DNA of 64,000 nt from Methanocella sp. (GTDB lineage Archaea > Thermoproteota > Bathyarchaeia > Bathyarchaeales > Bathycorpusculaceae). The notes below the pieces were generated by a model. It did not search any database and had not been told where the DNA came from. It worked only from the letters and a program-made list of their open reading frames with translations. Position 1 is the stretch's first letter; each line of letters starts with the position of its first letter. The position numbers and the translations under genes are program-made. This document shows, piece after piece, positions 9,299-17,959 of the stretch. Location: NCBI GenBank assembly GCA_050261115.1, contig JBLNCY010000003.1:1-64000 (forward strand). The letters run 5' to 3'.

Positions 9299-10507
9299 TT
9301 AGTGATTTGCGACGAGCAGCGAAATCAAGTACTCGTTTTCCACCAACCCATAGCCGCCCTGCTTTGCAGCAAACTCATCATAGGTTTTCTGTTCGTCTGA
9401 CTTCAAGTTCGGCGCCGCTATAACGAAAGGAACGGGGTCACGGGCATGGGTTCTTGTTTTTACTGGTGTGGGGTGGTCAGGTAGGATGGCGATGGCGTAG
9501 GGTTCTGTCATGCCCCGGACGATTCGGCCGATGCATCGCTGGTCTAAGTCCTCGATTGCTTTGACTTTGAGCTCGTAATCACCCACATGCCCTGCTTCGT
9601 CGGGGGCTTCTATGTGTACAAACACTAAATCGTTAGTTTTCAGTGCTTCTAGGGCGGCATCTGCTTTTCCTTCATAGTTGGTGTCTGCTAATCCCGTTGC
9701 GCCCTCTACATTTATGATTTGCATACCTGCATATGTGCCAATGCCCTTGACCAAGTCAACAGCTGAAATGGCCGCCGCCGATATGCCATATTTCTCTTTT
9801 AGCGTGGGCATGGAGGGTTTTTTGCCGCCGCCCCAGAGCCAAATGAGGTTACCTGGGAGTTGATCACACATCTCTCGCGCGATGTTGATGGGGTGGTCTT
9901 TGAGTATGTCTCGGGATTTGGTAATCAGGTCTATGAGGAGTTGGGCGTTTGGTTCTGCCTCTGGAACTTTTGCTTTAGGCAATACCTCCTTGACTGCTAT
10001 GCCTCGGGCGTCGTGGGGTGGGGTGCATTTGATTTGTTCGGGATTTGAAAAGTTGCGCATTATAAGGAAATGCCGGTAGTCTAAGCCCGAGTAGAACTCT
10101 ATTTGCCCGGGTTTATCGAAGGCTTTCTTTAGTGATTCAATTAATTGTACGGCTTCCTCAGTTGTTATGTGGCCTGCGGAGTAGTCTGCGATGGCACCGT
10201 TTTTTTCGGTGATTATGTTACACCGGAACGCCGCATCGTTGGGGCCTAACTCTATGCCCCGCGCAGGCGCCTCAAGGGGTCCTCTGCCAGTGTTATATAT
10301 TCGTGGGTCATAGCCTAGCACTGAGCATATGGCTGTTTCTGAGCCTGGTACGCACTCGTCTGGAACCGTCTTTATGAGTCCGCTTTTTCCTTTGGCGGCT
10401 ATGGCGTCCATGTTTGGTTTGTTAGCCGCTTGAAGAGGTGTTTTGTTTCCTAATTCTGGGATTGGATAATCGGACATGCCGTCTCCGACGACGAGTATGT
10501 ACTTCAT
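9299..10507 (-). CDS. apgM: Cofactor-independent phosphoglycerate mutase, archaeal type
   Basis: GDGMSD, TPLQAA, PGSE, GRGPLEA, HIEAPDEAGH, PDHPTP. Confidence 0.92.
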   Translation of the reverse strand: MKYILVVGDGMSDYPIPELGNKTPLQAANKPNMDAIAAKGKSGLIKTVPDECVPGSETAICSVLGYDPRIYNTGRGPLEAPARGIELGPNDAAFRCNIITEKNGAIADYSAGHITTEEAVQLIESLKKAFDKPGQIEFYSGLDYRHFLIMRNFSNPEQIKCTPPHDARGIAVKEVLPKAKVPEAEPNAQLLIDLITKSRDILKDHPINIAREMCDQLPGNLIWLWGGGKKPSMPTLKEKYGISAAAISAVDLVKGIGTYAGMQIINVEGATGLADTNYEGKADAALEALKTNDLVFVHIEAPDEAGHVGDYELKVKAIEDLDQRCIGRIVRGMTEPYAIAILPDHPTPVKTRTHARDPVPFVIAAPNLKSDEQKTYDEFAAKQGGYGLVENEYLISLLVANH

Positions 10508-10617
10508 TTTTTCACCAGTGCTGTGGGTGGCTTTCTTTGAGGGTTAATGCAACCGTCTATTTATCTCCTTACTGTGTTGGGGGTGATGTCTGGATGGATG
10601 AGTGGTGTTCTGTTGAT

Positions 10618-11319
10618 CTAGTGGTTGGGTTTGCTCTTGGGTTGGGTGGGTTCTACATTATGCCAGAATCTCTGCGCCAAGAAAGCAAATGACGTTATGG
10701 CGGTGATTAGTGTGGTGCCTAAGACGATAAAGTTAGCTAGAACTTGCCATTCTGGAACGTTCATCATGCCCCATAGCAGTGCTGCCGAGACGTAGAATGC
10801 AAAGCCACCTGTTATGGCTTGGAGGAGACCGATTACCCGGGGGATTTGGATAGCTTTGCTTTTCATCCAGTTAAGGTGTCCTTCTATTCGCTTTGAAGCA
10901 TCTGGCAAGTCGTCTAGCAGTAATGCTAATCCGCCTAGTATGAAGAATCTGCCGAGGTTAACTTCGATGGTTTCGTTGAATCCAAGAAAGAGCGTTACTA
11001 AGGAGACTGGAGTAAAGAACACAATGTAGATTGCGGCGATGATCATGACGATTAGGCCGTAGAAGTAGTGGTGGAATAGGAATCTGCCTGTGTGGAGTTT
11101 GCGTCCCACCATAGCGCTTGGATAGATGTTTATGATGGCTGCGGCTATGGCGAACCAGTAGAAGCTTCCGTCAAGTAGATAGGGTTCGAAGGGTTTCCAG
11201 CCGGGGTAGTAAAGGTAGATGCCGCTGAGTAAGCTTGTTGCGCAGGCGATGGTTAGGAGTGAATTAAAGACTAAGCTTACGCTAAAGATTTTTTTGCAAA
11301 TTGTCCACGCGCGGCTCAT
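10618..11319 (-). CDS. Hypothetical multi-pass membrane protein
   Basis: About 6 TM segments; 'GRFLFHHYFYG' and 'LLLDDLPD' polar motifs. Confidence 0.7.
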   Translation of the reverse strand: MSRAWTICKKIFSVSLVFNSLLTIACATSLLSGIYLYYPGWKPFEPYLLDGSFYWFAIAAAIINIYPSAMVGRKLHTGRFLFHHYFYGLIVMIIAAIYIVFFTPVSLVTLFLGFNETIEVNLGRFFILGGLALLLDDLPDASKRIEGHLNWMKSKAIQIPRVIGLLQAITGGFAFYVSAALLWGMMNVPEWQVLANFIVLGTTLITAITSFAFLAQRFWHNVEPTQPKSKPNH

Positions 11320-11748
11320 GCGGTATTCCTTTGTGCTTGAAAGTCAGGAAAATGCGCCTATCAAATTTGAATGTTACGTAAATATCCCTTGTATAGTGGT
11401 GGTTGCTACCAAAAGATTGAAATCCGCTGAATACTTGCCTTGAAGCGGACGATGAGGTTATCGAGGTACGATGAAGCTTAAGGTGGGGAATAAAACGCCG
11501 GCGGCTTGTGAATACTTTTTCCGCTACTGAGTCCAACTATTAGGGTCTACGTTTTTCCAGCAATCTGTAAATATGTCTCGGTGTTGCTGGTTTGTTGTTC
11601 AGTTGTTTATACAGTAATAGTTTAGCAAATCTTATTAATACTGACAGCCTAAGCCAGCAATCGGTTACTATTATGAAGCACCCCACAATTATTCAAACCA
11701 AAGTCAACCCCCAAAACAAATACTTAGACCATTTGGAGGCCAACTAAA

Positions 11749-12546
11749 ATGGCGCAACCCGTTGGAGAAGTCGCAAAACTTGCCGCTGCAGGCTTAAGCG
11801 CGAAGTCGCCCTTAGCAGAAATAGGTTTCCCAGAGTTCACAGCCAAATTAATCACTGACGTTTTTGATGCGCTTGTGTCAGCTAACATTAGACAGACACA
11901 GGCATATGTAGAACTTTTGCAGGCAGTTTCAAAATCAATGGTTGAATACGTAAACGAAACCAAAGACGACATAAACGGCGACATGATTCTACAGTTCCTA
12001 GCCAACATATTGCCAGACAAAGAGAACGGCACAAAAGTCCGAGTCGGCGCAACCTTGACCTCGTCAGATGTATCAGCCCTAAACTCCGCTTTGGCTGTGA
12101 AGGATGTGCAAGATAATCCAGGGATAACAGCCACCACCATTAACGACCAAACAGCACTAGATGCTATCTTAATGGCGGTTGCAAAGAGAATAGCTGCAGA
12201 CAAATACACGCTACTCAAAGAAATGGTCAAAATGGGTGTACTCCGGTTAGTGGTCGAGCACGGAGTAATTGAAACACGCTTAACCTTTAACACCTACAGC
12301 TCCTCCCTCTATGAATCAACCAAAAACAACTATAACTCCAGCTCATTCTCCACTCGGGCCTCAGTTGGATCCGGAAAAATAACAAGCCTATGGGTCAACA
12401 CCGCAGCCTCCACCAGCTTCAACACCATGCGCATCTCTACCGCAAAAGAAACCAGCCGAGACATTTCAGGCAGCCAAGTCCAAATCTACGGCCGCGTACA
12501 GATAGACTTCAAAACAGACTACCAACCACTCAGCAGCAACACATAA
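11749..12546 (+). CDS. Hypothetical protein A of three-gene cluster (N-terminal helix, C-terminal beta-hairpin with Ser/Thr-rich insert; DUF2589-like)
   Basis: GGAGG RBS; 265 aa; GFPEFTAKLITDVFDALVSANIRQ ... RLVVEHGVIETRLTF ... GRVQIDFKTDY. Confidence 0.75.
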   Translation: MAQPVGEVAKLAAAGLSAKSPLAEIGFPEFTAKLITDVFDALVSANIRQTQAYVELLQAVSKSMVEYVNETKDDINGDMILQFLANILPDKENGTKVRVGATLTSSDVSALNSALAVKDVQDNPGITATTINDQTALDAILMAVAKRIAADKYTLLKEMVKMGVLRLVVEHGVIETRLTFNTYSSSLYESTKNNYNSSSFSTRASVGSGKITSLWVNTAASTSFNTMRISTAKETSRDISGSQVQIYGRVQIDFKTDYQPLSSNT

Positions 12547-12560
12547 GGAGCAAATGACAA

Positions 12561-13250
12561 ATGGCAACCAGCTTAGCTAAAGCAACCGAATTAGGCTTCG
12601 CTGAGTTCGCCTCCACCCTTATCTCTGAAACACTCAACGCAATCGTAACATCAATGCTCACACAAGAAAAACAAGTCGCCCAACTAGAACAGCAAACGCA
12701 ACTAACGCCCGAACAGTACGCCAAAGAAAACTTTACTGACGAAATAGTCAGGGCAGAGATACTCCGACTCTTCCCAAAACCCCAAGACACAGCTGGAAAG
12801 AGTGCAGTGGATGAAGGCGAACCCTACACGCCAAGCAAAGAAACCGCAGAGGACCCTGCCATTTATGACAAAACAGGCTACAGAATGACAAAAGGCGACA
12901 CAGCAGTAGTGCAGGGAAAAACAGTTATCACAAGCGCAGGTTATGCCCACATATTGGCGGCAACCCAGCGGGTTTTAGCTATTCAGCACCTTTCCGTACT
13001 CAAAACGGTGGTCGCAAGAGGCGTCCCTCGGGTCTACGTGGATAATGGACACATAACCTCCAAGTTAACCCTGAGATTTGAAACCGGAACAACAGCGCCC
13101 ACGACAAATACAACCGCATCAAGAATTGCTGGCGTAAATCTCCCCCGATTAGTTGCTCAACCTGTAAACGCCAATAGACCTGAATACTTAACCCTTAAAG
13201 CAGACGTTTTAAGTGAAGTTGAAATAACCTTCAAGACGGTGATTCCATGA
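12561..13250 (+). CDS. Hypothetical protein B, paralog of protein A
   Basis: AGGAG RBS; GFAEFASTLISETLNAIVTSMLTQ ... RVYVDNGHITSKLTLRF ... SEVEITFKTV aligns by eye with protein A. Confidence 0.75.
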   Translation: MATSLAKATELGFAEFASTLISETLNAIVTSMLTQEKQVAQLEQQTQLTPEQYAKENFTDEIVRAEILRLFPKPQDTAGKSAVDEGEPYTPSKETAEDPAIYDKTGYRMTKGDTAVVQGKTVITSAGYAHILAATQRVLAIQHLSVLKTVVARGVPRVYVDNGHITSKLTLRFETGTTAPTTNTTASRIAGVNLPRLVAQPVNANRPEYLTLKADVLSEVEITFKTVIP

Positions 13251-13705
13251 CTCAAGCAACAGAGAAAAACGCCTCCTACCTGACTGAGGCAATTCTTGCC
13301 ATCCATAACGAAGTCCAAAGTGCTCTAGATTACATAAGCACCACTGCAAGCGTGCAAGGCACCGATTTAGGTAAAAGCACCGCATTACTAAGCATACAAA
13401 ACCTCCGCATCAAACTACCAATCAGAATCAGCTTAGAAGCAGGAAAAAAGAAGCTATCTCCGCTACCCACCGAGCCCTTAACACCTCAGCAAATAAGCCA
13501 AGCGCTCCCAAAACGGGTCGGGTTTGTCATAGAGCGTGATTTACCGAAAAACTTTAGCATATACAGCAAAGTACGCGTAGCTTTCAATCCCCAAGAAGAA
13601 GTCGCTGCAGAAAAAGCCTCCACAAGTGAGCCGACGGCGACATTGACGCAGGAAGCGGGATGGGGCGAAATCGAGATCACCTTTTCACCCATAAAGCGAG
13701 AGTAA
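13247..13705 (+). CDS. Hypothetical protein C (Trypco-like helix + beta architecture)
   Basis: ATGA overlap with B; YLTEAILAIHNEVQSAL ... IQNLRIKLPIRISL ... GEIEITFSPI. Confidence 0.7.
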   Translation: MTQATEKNASYLTEAILAIHNEVQSALDYISTTASVQGTDLGKSTALLSIQNLRIKLPIRISLEAGKKKLSPLPTEPLTPQQISQALPKRVGFVIERDLPKNFSIYSKVRVAFNPQEEVAAEKASTSEPTATLTQEAGWGEIEITFSPIKRE

Positions 13706-13734
13706 ACTCGCTTATCCAACCCGTTCGTTTAGCT

Positions 13735-14670
13735 TCACTTTTTTGGCAACAACTCTGCCATTTCATAAGTTGCTATACCCAGCACACTGTCTGCCCCACC
13801 ATAGTACACCAGCACCTTACCATCGATTATCACGCTGCCGCAACTGTAAACAACGTTTGAGACGTCACCGTATCGTTCATAATCCATCTCGGGCTCAAGA
13901 ATCGGTTCAGTACATCGGTAGATTACTCTGCTTGGGTCATCTTTGTCAAGCAAGGCAACGCCCAGACAGTAGCGTTTGTCGAAGTCTACCCCATGATATA
14001 GCATCAACCAGCCCTCATTTAACAGAAAGGGCGGCCCCGTTGTGCCCACCTTCCAAGAATCCCACATTTTTAGCCGTGGACCCATAACAAACTTCATGCC
14101 ACACCAATCCCCAAAACTTGACGACCGCGCAATACATATGTCAGGGTCTAAACGGTGGAATAAGATGTACTGGGCGCCGATTTTCTGGGGCAATATGAAT
14201 GCGTTCTTGTTTCGGATGCCTGGGAAAGCGTGAATGCTTTTCTGCCAAGTCCACTTCTTCTCCAAGAAATCGCTGAGTTGGATGCTTGTTAGGGCTATTT
14301 GGAAAACCTTTTCTTGCATGCGGTTCCCAAAAGCCGTATATGCCATTATCAGTTTGTCACCTAGCACGGTTAGGCGGGGGTCTTCGCAGCCTTCAGCTTC
14401 ATGCTCATTTCTGGGTACAAAGATTGGGTCGGGTAACCGCTCGTTAAAGTGGTATCCGTCCCATGACGTAGCATAACCCAGCCTTGAGATGTGATCATTA
14501 CCCATCGCTCGGTAAACAAGATGAACCCGTCCACCCACAAGGGCAGCGCCTGCATTGAACACCAGTCGCGATTCCCAACTGTGGCTACTGATGGGTTGCA
14601 GTATGGGGTTACCTTCAAAGCGCTTCAAAGGTTGCTCCTCAGAGTGTACGTGTTTTGGGAATGACTTCAA
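13735..14670 (-). CDS. GH130-family glycosidase/phosphorylase (beta-propeller)
   Basis: NPIL, VFNAGA, YRA, GCEDPR, WLMLYHGV, YYGGAD. Confidence 0.88.
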   Translation of the reverse strand: MKSFPKHVHSEEQPLKRFEGNPILQPISSHSWESRLVFNAGAALVGGRVHLVYRAMGNDHISRLGYATSWDGYHFNERLPDPIFVPRNEHEAEGCEDPRLTVLGDKLIMAYTAFGNRMQEKVFQIALTSIQLSDFLEKKWTWQKSIHAFPGIRNKNAFILPQKIGAQYILFHRLDPDICIARSSSFGDWCGMKFVMGPRLKMWDSWKVGTTGPPFLLNEGWLMLYHGVDFDKRYCLGVALLDKDDPSRVIYRCTEPILEPEMDYERYGDVSNVVYSCGSVIIDGKVLVYYGGADSVLGIATYEMAELLPKK

Positions 14671-15049
14671 AGATTTCGTCGATGACTCGTCTAAGCGAAA
14701 TTAACCCTACTAGTTTATTGTCAGCGTCTACCACTGGGATGCGTCGCACGCGATAGAGCCGCATGAGCTCTTTTGCTTCTCCGAAAGCCGAGCCAGACGA
14801 GACAGTAATCACATTGGTTGACATAACATCCGCTACAGGTGTATCCAGTGAGATGTCTTGAGCGATCATGCGAATTAGATCACGTTCAGTGAACACCCCT
14901 TCTATATGGCGCTGCTCATCAATCACTATAACGCCGCCTATACGTAGCCGATAAAGAATATTGACACATTCCTTAACAGTTACAGTTTTGAGTACCGTAA
15001 CTGGGTCCTTAACCATAATATGGTCCACAAGCAAAACGTGTTCCTCCAA
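14639..15049 (-). CDS. Stand-alone CBS-pair protein
   Basis: GVFTERDL, VADVMS, RRIPVVD...LVGLIS. Confidence 0.88.
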   Translation of the reverse strand: MEEHVLLVDHIMVKDPVTVLKTVTVKECVNILYRLRIGGVIVIDEQRHIEGVFTERDLIRMIAQDISLDTPVADVMSTNVITVSSGSAFGEAKELMRLYRVRRIPVVDADNKLVGLISLRRVIDEIFEVIPKTRTL

Positions 15050-15107
15050 AAAGGATCTAATACTTTTAAGGTAAAGGCAGTATAAAGCTTGTTGGTTTCT
15101 TTCTAGT

Positions 15108-17840
15108 CTAATGCCGTCTGTACATCAATAGCTTGCGAATTTCATCACCTATGAAAATTGTAGCAGTAGCGATTATGACAAGTGTCCAGTCAAGTAGTGA
15201 AAGGCTTGCCGTTCCCAGCGCGACTTGGAGGGGCGGCAGCTCGGTAGCCATCACTTGTAGTATGAAGGCTGCTGCGATTGCTAAGAGTAAATACTTGTTT
15301 TTAAAGACTCCAAGCTTGAAGACGGAGAGGCGCTGCGATCGGCAATTTAGCGAGTTGAAGACTTGGAACAGTGCAATGGTTACAAACGCAAAGGTCTGAG
15401 CCTTTACGACGTTGCCTTGGTCAAGTTCCTGTGTAAAGAACCACAAACTCCCGACTGCCATAAATACGCCGACGAAAACGATAGAGAACAGCACGTCACG
15501 GTTGATTATTGGGGCGTTTGGTTTTTTAGGTGGCATCGCCATGACGTTGGCTTCTTTGGGTTCCATGGCAAGTGGAATAACTAGCAAGCCGTCTGTGACG
15601 AGATTTATCCAAAGGATCTGCACGGCGGTGAAAATAAGCGGTGCATTCGGTAACAAAATCAGCGCCGCCAGGATGGTTATTATTTCGCCGGTGTTTGTAC
15701 TTATCAGGTACTTTACGACTTTACGTATGTTCTCAAATATTACTCGGCCTTCCTCGATCGCGTTCACTATGCTGGCAAAGTTATCGTCGGTTAACACCAT
15801 GTCAGCTGTTTCTTTAGTTACATCGGTTCCAGTAATTCCCATGGCTATGCCGATTTCCGAAACCTTCAACGCGGGGGCATCGTTTACACCGTCACCAGTC
15901 ATTGCAACAACGTGGCCTTGGCGCCGCAGTGACTCCACTATCCGGTACTTATGAGTCGGTGAGACTCTGGCAAAAACAGAGGTTTTAGCTAAGGCTTTGT
16001 CTAGTTCGGGGTCACTTAACTTGTCTATGTCTGCCCCTGTTAGTGCCTCGTCGGAGGTTGCTATCTGCAGCTCTTTTGCGATGGCCTGCGCAGTCAGCTT
16101 ATGGTCACCGGTTGCCATAACCACCCGAATGCCTGCCTGCTTGCAGATTTCCACGGCTTTTTTTGCTTCGCTTCGTGGAGGATCAATCATGCCCTGGAAG
16201 CCCATAAACACCAGCTTCGGCTTATTGTTTTTGAGGTCTTCTTTAACTTCACCGAGTTTCTCGGGGTCTATTGTTTGGTAAGCCATCGCCAGCGTCCGTA
16301 GAGCATCGCTTGCCATACCGGTGCTCACTTCCAAAAACCGGCCCTTAGCCTCCTCTGTCAACTCGTTGACTTTGCCGTTTTCAAGGAAGTGGCTACATAG
16401 CGCAAACATCGCCTCAGGAGCGCCCTTCGCGTAAACCCACAGTTTCCCCTCTGAACCTCGATGGAAGGTAGCCATGAACCGTGTTTTAGAATCAAAAGGT
16501 ATCTCGTCAATGCGTGGCTGTTTTTCTTCTAGGGCCTTTTTTGTTTGGCCTGCTTTTTGGGAGACTACAACTAGGGCGCCTTCGGTGGGGTCGCCTTTTA
16601 TTTTCCATTGTGTTCGCCCGTCCTTTTCCTGCGATACAAGTTCGGAATCGTTACAGAGGGCACCTATCTGCAGAATAAGCTGCAGTGCCTCATGCTGAGC
16701 GGGGTCTATTTGTTGATCTTGGGCTGTGAATTTGCCTTCGGGGGTGAAGCCTTCGCCGGAAACATCAATGGTCTGGTTGTCGACGTAGACTTTTCGCACG
16801 GTCATTTGATTGGTGGTTAGGGTGCCTGTTTTGTCGGTGCATATGACGGTGGCTGACCCCAGAGTGTCGACGGCTTGGAGTTTACGAATTAACGCGTTGC
16901 GCTTAGCCATGCGGTTTACGCCAACCGCTAAGGTTACGGTAAGGACGGCAGGCAACCCCTCGGGAATAGCAGACACCGCAGTTGCTAAAGCAAACAGGAA
17001 CGTCTCAAAAACATCAAAACCCCGCAAAGTGGCGATGACAAAAACAAAAACACTGGCTACCAACGCAAGTAATCCCAGTACGCGGCTGAGATTTTTGGTC
17101 CTTTTCTGAATGGGAGTTTCGACACGTTCAGTCTCTCTGATTAGGGTGGCAATTTTGCCGATCTCAGTCTTTGTCCCCGTTTCAACGACTACCGCTTTGC
17201 CCCTGCCTTGAACTATAATTGTTCCAGAAAACACCAAGCTACCCCTATCCGCCACCGCAGCCTCAACGTCAACCGGCTCAACCGACTTCGCGGTCGGCAA
17301 AGATTCACCAGTGAGCATGGATTCGTCTACTTCGAGGTTTATGGCTTGAAAGATTCGAGCGTCGGCGGGTACTTTGTCGCCTGCTTCAAGGCTTATGACA
17401 TCGCCGGGGACTATGTCTTTGGCTTTGATTTTTACCTCTCTACATTCCTCTGGCTTGGGGCATCGTCGGGTTACTTTGGTTTCGGGTCCAGCCAGCGATT
17501 TTAGTGCTTGGAGGGCCGTTTCGGCTTTGTATTCTTGGAAAAAGCCTATACCTGCGTTAAGGATGACGACAGCGGCGATTACGATGGCATCAATCTGGTG
17601 ATCAACAATTAAGGATATGGCCGCGGCGATGATTAGAACAGCCATAAGGGGGTTTTTGAATTGGCTGATGAGTACTGCTAGTTTGGTTGCCTGTTTTTCG
17701 TGTGCAAACTCGTTGCTGCCATACTGCTCTTGCCTTTTCTGTACTTCTTCTTCAGTCAAGCCAGCTTCGGATGTGGCTAGCTTCTCAAATGTCTCCTCTA
17801 CCGTCATACTGTGCCAGGGGGTGTTTTCCAAAGACGTCAC
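15108..17840 (-). CDS. Type II (Ca2+/cation-transporting) P-type ATPase
   Basis: LTGES, IPEGLP, DKTGTLT, KGAPE, TGDGVND, QILWINLVTD. Confidence 0.93.
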   Translation of the reverse strand: MTSLENTPWHSMTVEETFEKLATSEAGLTEEEVQKRQEQYGSNEFAHEKQATKLAVLISQFKNPLMAVLIIAAAISLIVDHQIDAIVIAAVVILNAGIGFFQEYKAETALQALKSLAGPETKVTRRCPKPEECREVKIKAKDIVPGDVISLEAGDKVPADARIFQAINLEVDESMLTGESLPTAKSVEPVDVEAAVADRGSLVFSGTIIVQGRGKAVVVETGTKTEIGKIATLIRETERVETPIQKRTKNLSRVLGLLALVASVFVFVIATLRGFDVFETFLFALATAVSAIPEGLPAVLTVTLAVGVNRMAKRNALIRKLQAVDTLGSATVICTDKTGTLTTNQMTVRKVYVDNQTIDVSGEGFTPEGKFTAQDQQIDPAQHEALQLILQIGALCNDSELVSQEKDGRTQWKIKGDPTEGALVVVSQKAGQTKKALEEKQPRIDEIPFDSKTRFMATFHRGSEGKLWVYAKGAPEAMFALCSHFLENGKVNELTEEAKGRFLEVSTGMASDALRTLAMAYQTIDPEKLGEVKEDLKNNKPKLVFMGFQGMIDPPRSEAKKAVEICKQAGIRVVMATGDHKLTAQAIAKELQIATSDEALTGADIDKLSDPELDKALAKTSVFARVSPTHKYRIVESLRRQGHVVAMTGDGVNDAPALKVSEIGIAMGITGTDVTKETADMVLTDDNFASIVNAIEEGRVIFENIRKVVKYLISTNTGEIITILAALILLPNAPLIFTAVQILWINLVTDGLLVIPLAMEPKEANVMAMPPKKPNAPIINRDVLFSIVFVGVFMAVGSLWFFTQELDQGNVVKAQTFAFVTIALFQVFNSLNCRSQRLSVFKLGVFKNKYLLLAIAAAFILQVMATELPPLQVALGTASLSLLDWTLVIIATATIFIGDEIRKLLMYRRH

Positions 17841-17959
17841 CTAAAATCTAAAGCATCACTATAGATTGTCCGTTGCTCTTTTTATCCGTTTACGCATCGG
17901 TAATGCACCCTAAGGTACCAGTGATACTTTAGTCAACATTGCTTTCTCAAGACAGATTC

